Below, one piece after another: positions 61,427 through 64,000 of a DNA stretch of 64,000 nucleotides (positions within the stretch are counted from its first letter, which is position 1; each line of letters begins with the position of its first letter). This DNA comes from Candidatus Hydrogenedentota bacterium (lineage in GTDB: Bacteria > Hydrogenedentota > Hydrogenedentia > Hydrogenedentales > SLHB01): positions 160,001 through 224,000 of the forward strand of contig CAXXYE010000006.1 of the NCBI GenBank assembly GCA_963674865.2. Direction: 5' to 3'. The notes under the pieces are model-generated. The model searched no databases, was not told the origin of the DNA, and saw nothing but the letters and a program-made list of their open reading frames with translations. A program made the position numbers and the translations under genes.

Positions 61427-63109
61427 CTAGGGCGCGGCGGTATCGGCCGCCGGTACTGACACCTCGACAGGCAGCCAGTGTGTTCCGTCGGCGACGGGAG
61501 TGAGGTCCGCAGGCGACGCGTCGGCCGGCAGGACGGGCTCGAAGGCCAGCGGATTGTCGCACGGCGGGAACTTTGCACGCACATCGGCCACGAAAGCGCG
61601 AATCCGCTGAGGATTGGCGATAGGCGCGGTAGGTTCCATCTCTCCCGCGAGGTCTTCGAGAGCGCGCAGGTCGTTCTCGATAATGCGCCCATCCTCTTCT
61701 CCTTTGTCTTCGCGGTAGCGCAGCCAACGGCACACCACGTCCGCAACGTAGCGCCAGACGCGTGTGCACTTGTGCTGGAGTCGCATGCGTTTGGAGAGGC
61801 CTTCGTAATCCTCCGGACTCAGGGCGTCCGCTGCGGCCTCAAGGTCGTCAAGCGACTGCGCGGCCAAGGCGACAGCCTCCCCTTTCTCATGCCAGATGCG
61901 GGAGAGCATCGCGTCAGAGGGCTTGAGGAGAGCCTCGTAACTCGCCGTAAAGGCCGGTTCCCACTGGGGCAGGTTCTTCGCATCGAGACACCGGGCGCGC
62001 AACTCCTCCGGTATATCGCTGCTCTTCTCAAGCGCCCAGTGGCCGAGGATGTAGTACATCTTCCTGCCAATAGGATAACTGCGCCGCAAGGCGGCAATGA
62101 GGCGCCTGGATGCTTCCGTATCCGGCGCCAAACCGTAGCGCTTCTGAATCCAATCGCGCCAGATGGCGTCCGCGGACACGTCGGGGCCTTCGAGAAGCCG
62201 CTGCATAGCATACAGGTTGACCTCGTTGGGCGTATCCAGCACGGTGTCGGCACTGCACGCAACGCGCACGACCACGCCGGCCATACCTCGTGCACGCAGA
62301 GCTTTCATACGCCACGCGAGGTAATCGGTCATGCAGTAGAGAATGTGGCTCCGGCCCTGGTACTCGGCGGCGAGATCGATTTCGATAGTGCTGCTGTTGG
62401 GGCCGACGCGGCCGATGGCCGGATTCACGGGATAGTAAGGCTGCCAATCCTGAGGCACCTCCTTGATCATGGCACGAACGCCGGGCACGGAAGCAATAGC
62501 CTTTCGTATCCATTCGAGTTGATCCGGACTGTGATTGAAGGTGCGCACGTCCATGGCGACGCCATTCGCATCGCACACTTCCTTCACGATGCGGATAGTC
62601 ATGGCCACGCGTTCATCATTCGGCGTGTTCTCGTTGAAATCGCACGCATCATTCCGCACATGCCAGACCTCCGTCGGGCAACTGCCGAACTGCAGCGTGA
62701 TTCCGTCCAAATCTGGGACGCGCGCGAAGGCGGCCTCGTAAGCGGCGCGGCGCGCATCCCACATGCCTTTGCCGCCACCGTCCGGATCGAGACACACATC
62801 GTTGTATCCGTCGCCAATGTTCAGTTCCTTCGCCCAGACGTACACTTTCATGTCGTGTTCATGCGCCAAGCGGCACGTGTCTCTGACGATGCGCTCGACG
62901 GCCGGATCGTCATTGATCTGATCAATGGCGCGGATGATGTTGTGAGAGAGGCGGATTTCGGTGACGCCGTAGTCACAGGCCCGCTGGATTGTTCGCTCGA
63001 TTCGCCCCCAATCCGCGTGGTGCAGTTGCCAGCCGTAGGAGGGTGCCGGCGCCGCGGCCGCCGCGCCTACCGCGATAATCAATGCAGCAACAAGAAACCT
63101 ACGAAACAC
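61427..63109 (-). CDS. Exported hypothetical protein, distant GH67-like TIM-barrel candidate
   Basis: Signal peptide (FLVAALIIAVGAAAAA); IKEVPQDWQ...P.IG...EIDLAAEYQG motif; GGAGG RBS before GTG. Confidence 0.65.
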   Translation of the reverse strand: MFRRFLVAALIIAVGAAAAAPAPSYGWQLHHADWGRIERTIQRACDYGVTEIRLSHNIIRAIDQINDDPAVERIVRDTCRLAHEHDMKVYVWAKELNIGDGYNDVCLDPDGGGKGMWDARRAAYEAAFARVPDLDGITLQFGSCPTEVWHVRNDACDFNENTPNDERVAMTIRIVKEVCDANGVAMDVRTFNHSPDQLEWIRKAIASVPGVRAMIKEVPQDWQPYYPVNPAIGRVGPNSSTIEIDLAAEYQGRSHILYCMTDYLAWRMKALRARGMAGVVVRVACSADTVLDTPNEVNLYAMQRLLEGPDVSADAIWRDWIQKRYGLAPDTEASRRLIAALRRSYPIGRKMYYILGHWALEKSSDIPEELRARCLDAKNLPQWEPAFTASYEALLKPSDAMLSRIWHEKGEAVALAAQSLDDLEAAADALSPEDYEGLSKRMRLQHKCTRVWRYVADVVCRWLRYREDKGEEDGRIIENDLRALEDLAGEMEPTAPIANPQRIRAFVADVRAKFPPCDNPLAFEPVLPADASPADLTPVADGTHWLPVEVSVPAADTAAP

Positions 63110-63317
63110 GTATCCGCCCTCCTCGCATTGGTGTTTCACGCTGCCCATGCGCGGGCATTGTGCGGAAGGGCGATCCCGCATTCAAATCGGCGCCGGCGCT
63201 ATAGACAGGCTCCGTCACATGTAGGCATCCAGGGAACTGGGCTAGACAAGGCGCTTTAAGCATTTCCCGCCATCGTGTAGGATGACTTCGGGAAAGCAGA
63301 CTACTCACTGGCGTGCG

Positions 63318-64000
63318 ATGCTCAGACACCATATAAGAGCGGCCTTGATCGCCGCGTTCCTGATGCTCCCGGCCTCGGGTGCGGTGTGCCTGCCCATGTG
63401 GGAGTTCGAAGCGGGAAAGGACGCAGCGGCTTGGGTGCCGAATGGCGACCTCGCGGATGTGCGAATCGAATACGGCACACTGTGCGCCACTGCCGCTGAC
63501 GCTGATCCCTTCTTCCTGTGCCGAGGGATCGAACTCGAGGCGACGCCGTGGCAGTATGTACTCCTTCGCATCAAGGCGAGCCGGCCGGGCGTCGCGGAGC
63601 TATTCTGGACGGGGGAACTCGAGGGCAAATACGGCGGGCTCACGCAAGAGAAGAAGACGCGCTTCTCCATTCCAGCGGACGGCTGGCAGGAGATAGCCGT
63701 CTTCCCGTTCTGGCACACGGAGGGCGTGATCCGGCAACTCCGCTTGGATTTGTACGACGACGCAGACTTCACCATCGACTGGATCCGCGTTGCGGCATGG
63801 GGCGGAGGTACGCCGCAGACGGATACCTTCCGTTGGGAGCTCGATGAGGACGCATCGGCCTGGCGGGTATGCCCCGGGGCGCCTGAGTTCCTTGCGCCGC
63901 CATGCCGGCTCAGCGTGGCGGATAAGGACTGGATTACCGTGCAACTGCGATCCGACGCGCCAGGTGTGGCCAGCGTGTTGTGGGCTTGTGAAGACGAACG
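63318..64000 (+). CDS. Exported protein with carbohydrate-binding-like beta-sandwich domains, partial (runs off the window end)
   Basis: Read manually: MLRHHIRAALIAAFLMLPASGAVCLPMWEF...DPFF...ELFW...W..EGVIRQLRLDL...IDWIRV..., open to the end. Confidence 0.7.
   Translation, partial: MLRHHIRAALIAAFLMLPASGAVCLPMWEFEAGKDAAAWVPNGDLADVRIEYGTLCATAADADPFFLCRGIELEATPWQYVLLRIKASRPGVAELFWTGELEGKYGGLTQEKKTRFSIPADGWQEIAVFPFWHTEGVIRQLRLDLYDDADFTIDWIRVAAWGGGTPQTDTFRWELDEDASAWRVCPGAPEFLAPPCRLSVADKDWITVQLRSDAPGVASVLWACEDE

Overview
GC-rich, gene-dense bacterial chromosomal segment with no integrase, transposase, phage gene or CRISPR array visible. The many glycoside-hydrolase-like genes and an outer-membrane beta-barrel suggest a diderm carbohydrate degrader; a Hydrogenedentes/PVC-like lineage is only a guess. 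In order it holds: a partial hypothetical gene, mtnA, an ArsR-permease-thioredoxin-CcdA operon, two tandem GH172 (DUF2961) genes, a YjfB-like peptide, a sulfatase and TauE exporter, a ubiA-like/DUF362/glgC unit, a BNR sialidase-like gene, a methyltransferase, tRNA-Ser(GCT), a DUF2092-TlpA fusion, a 999-aa GH-like orphan, and a transformylase-only PurH under a ZMP/ZTP riboswitch with its terminator. Next come an SxtI/J/K-like carbamoyltransferase cassette divergent from wzm/wzt (Wzt carries a tandem-duplicated ~220-aa C-terminal domain), clpP, a complete Na+-type N-ATPase operon (atpDCQRBEFAG), and a DtxR-FeoA/feoB unit with a repeated palindromic operator. The rest comprises GH95/Ogl-like genes, a FlaG-like orphan with a sigma-28-type promoter, the pnt genes, an Rrf2 regulator with an insertion, gltA/icd/mdh, and uncharacterised GH-like genes. 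Four +1 frameshifts between 58.4 and 60.3 kb are probably sequencing errors. All family assignments come from motif recognition by eye; no searches were run.
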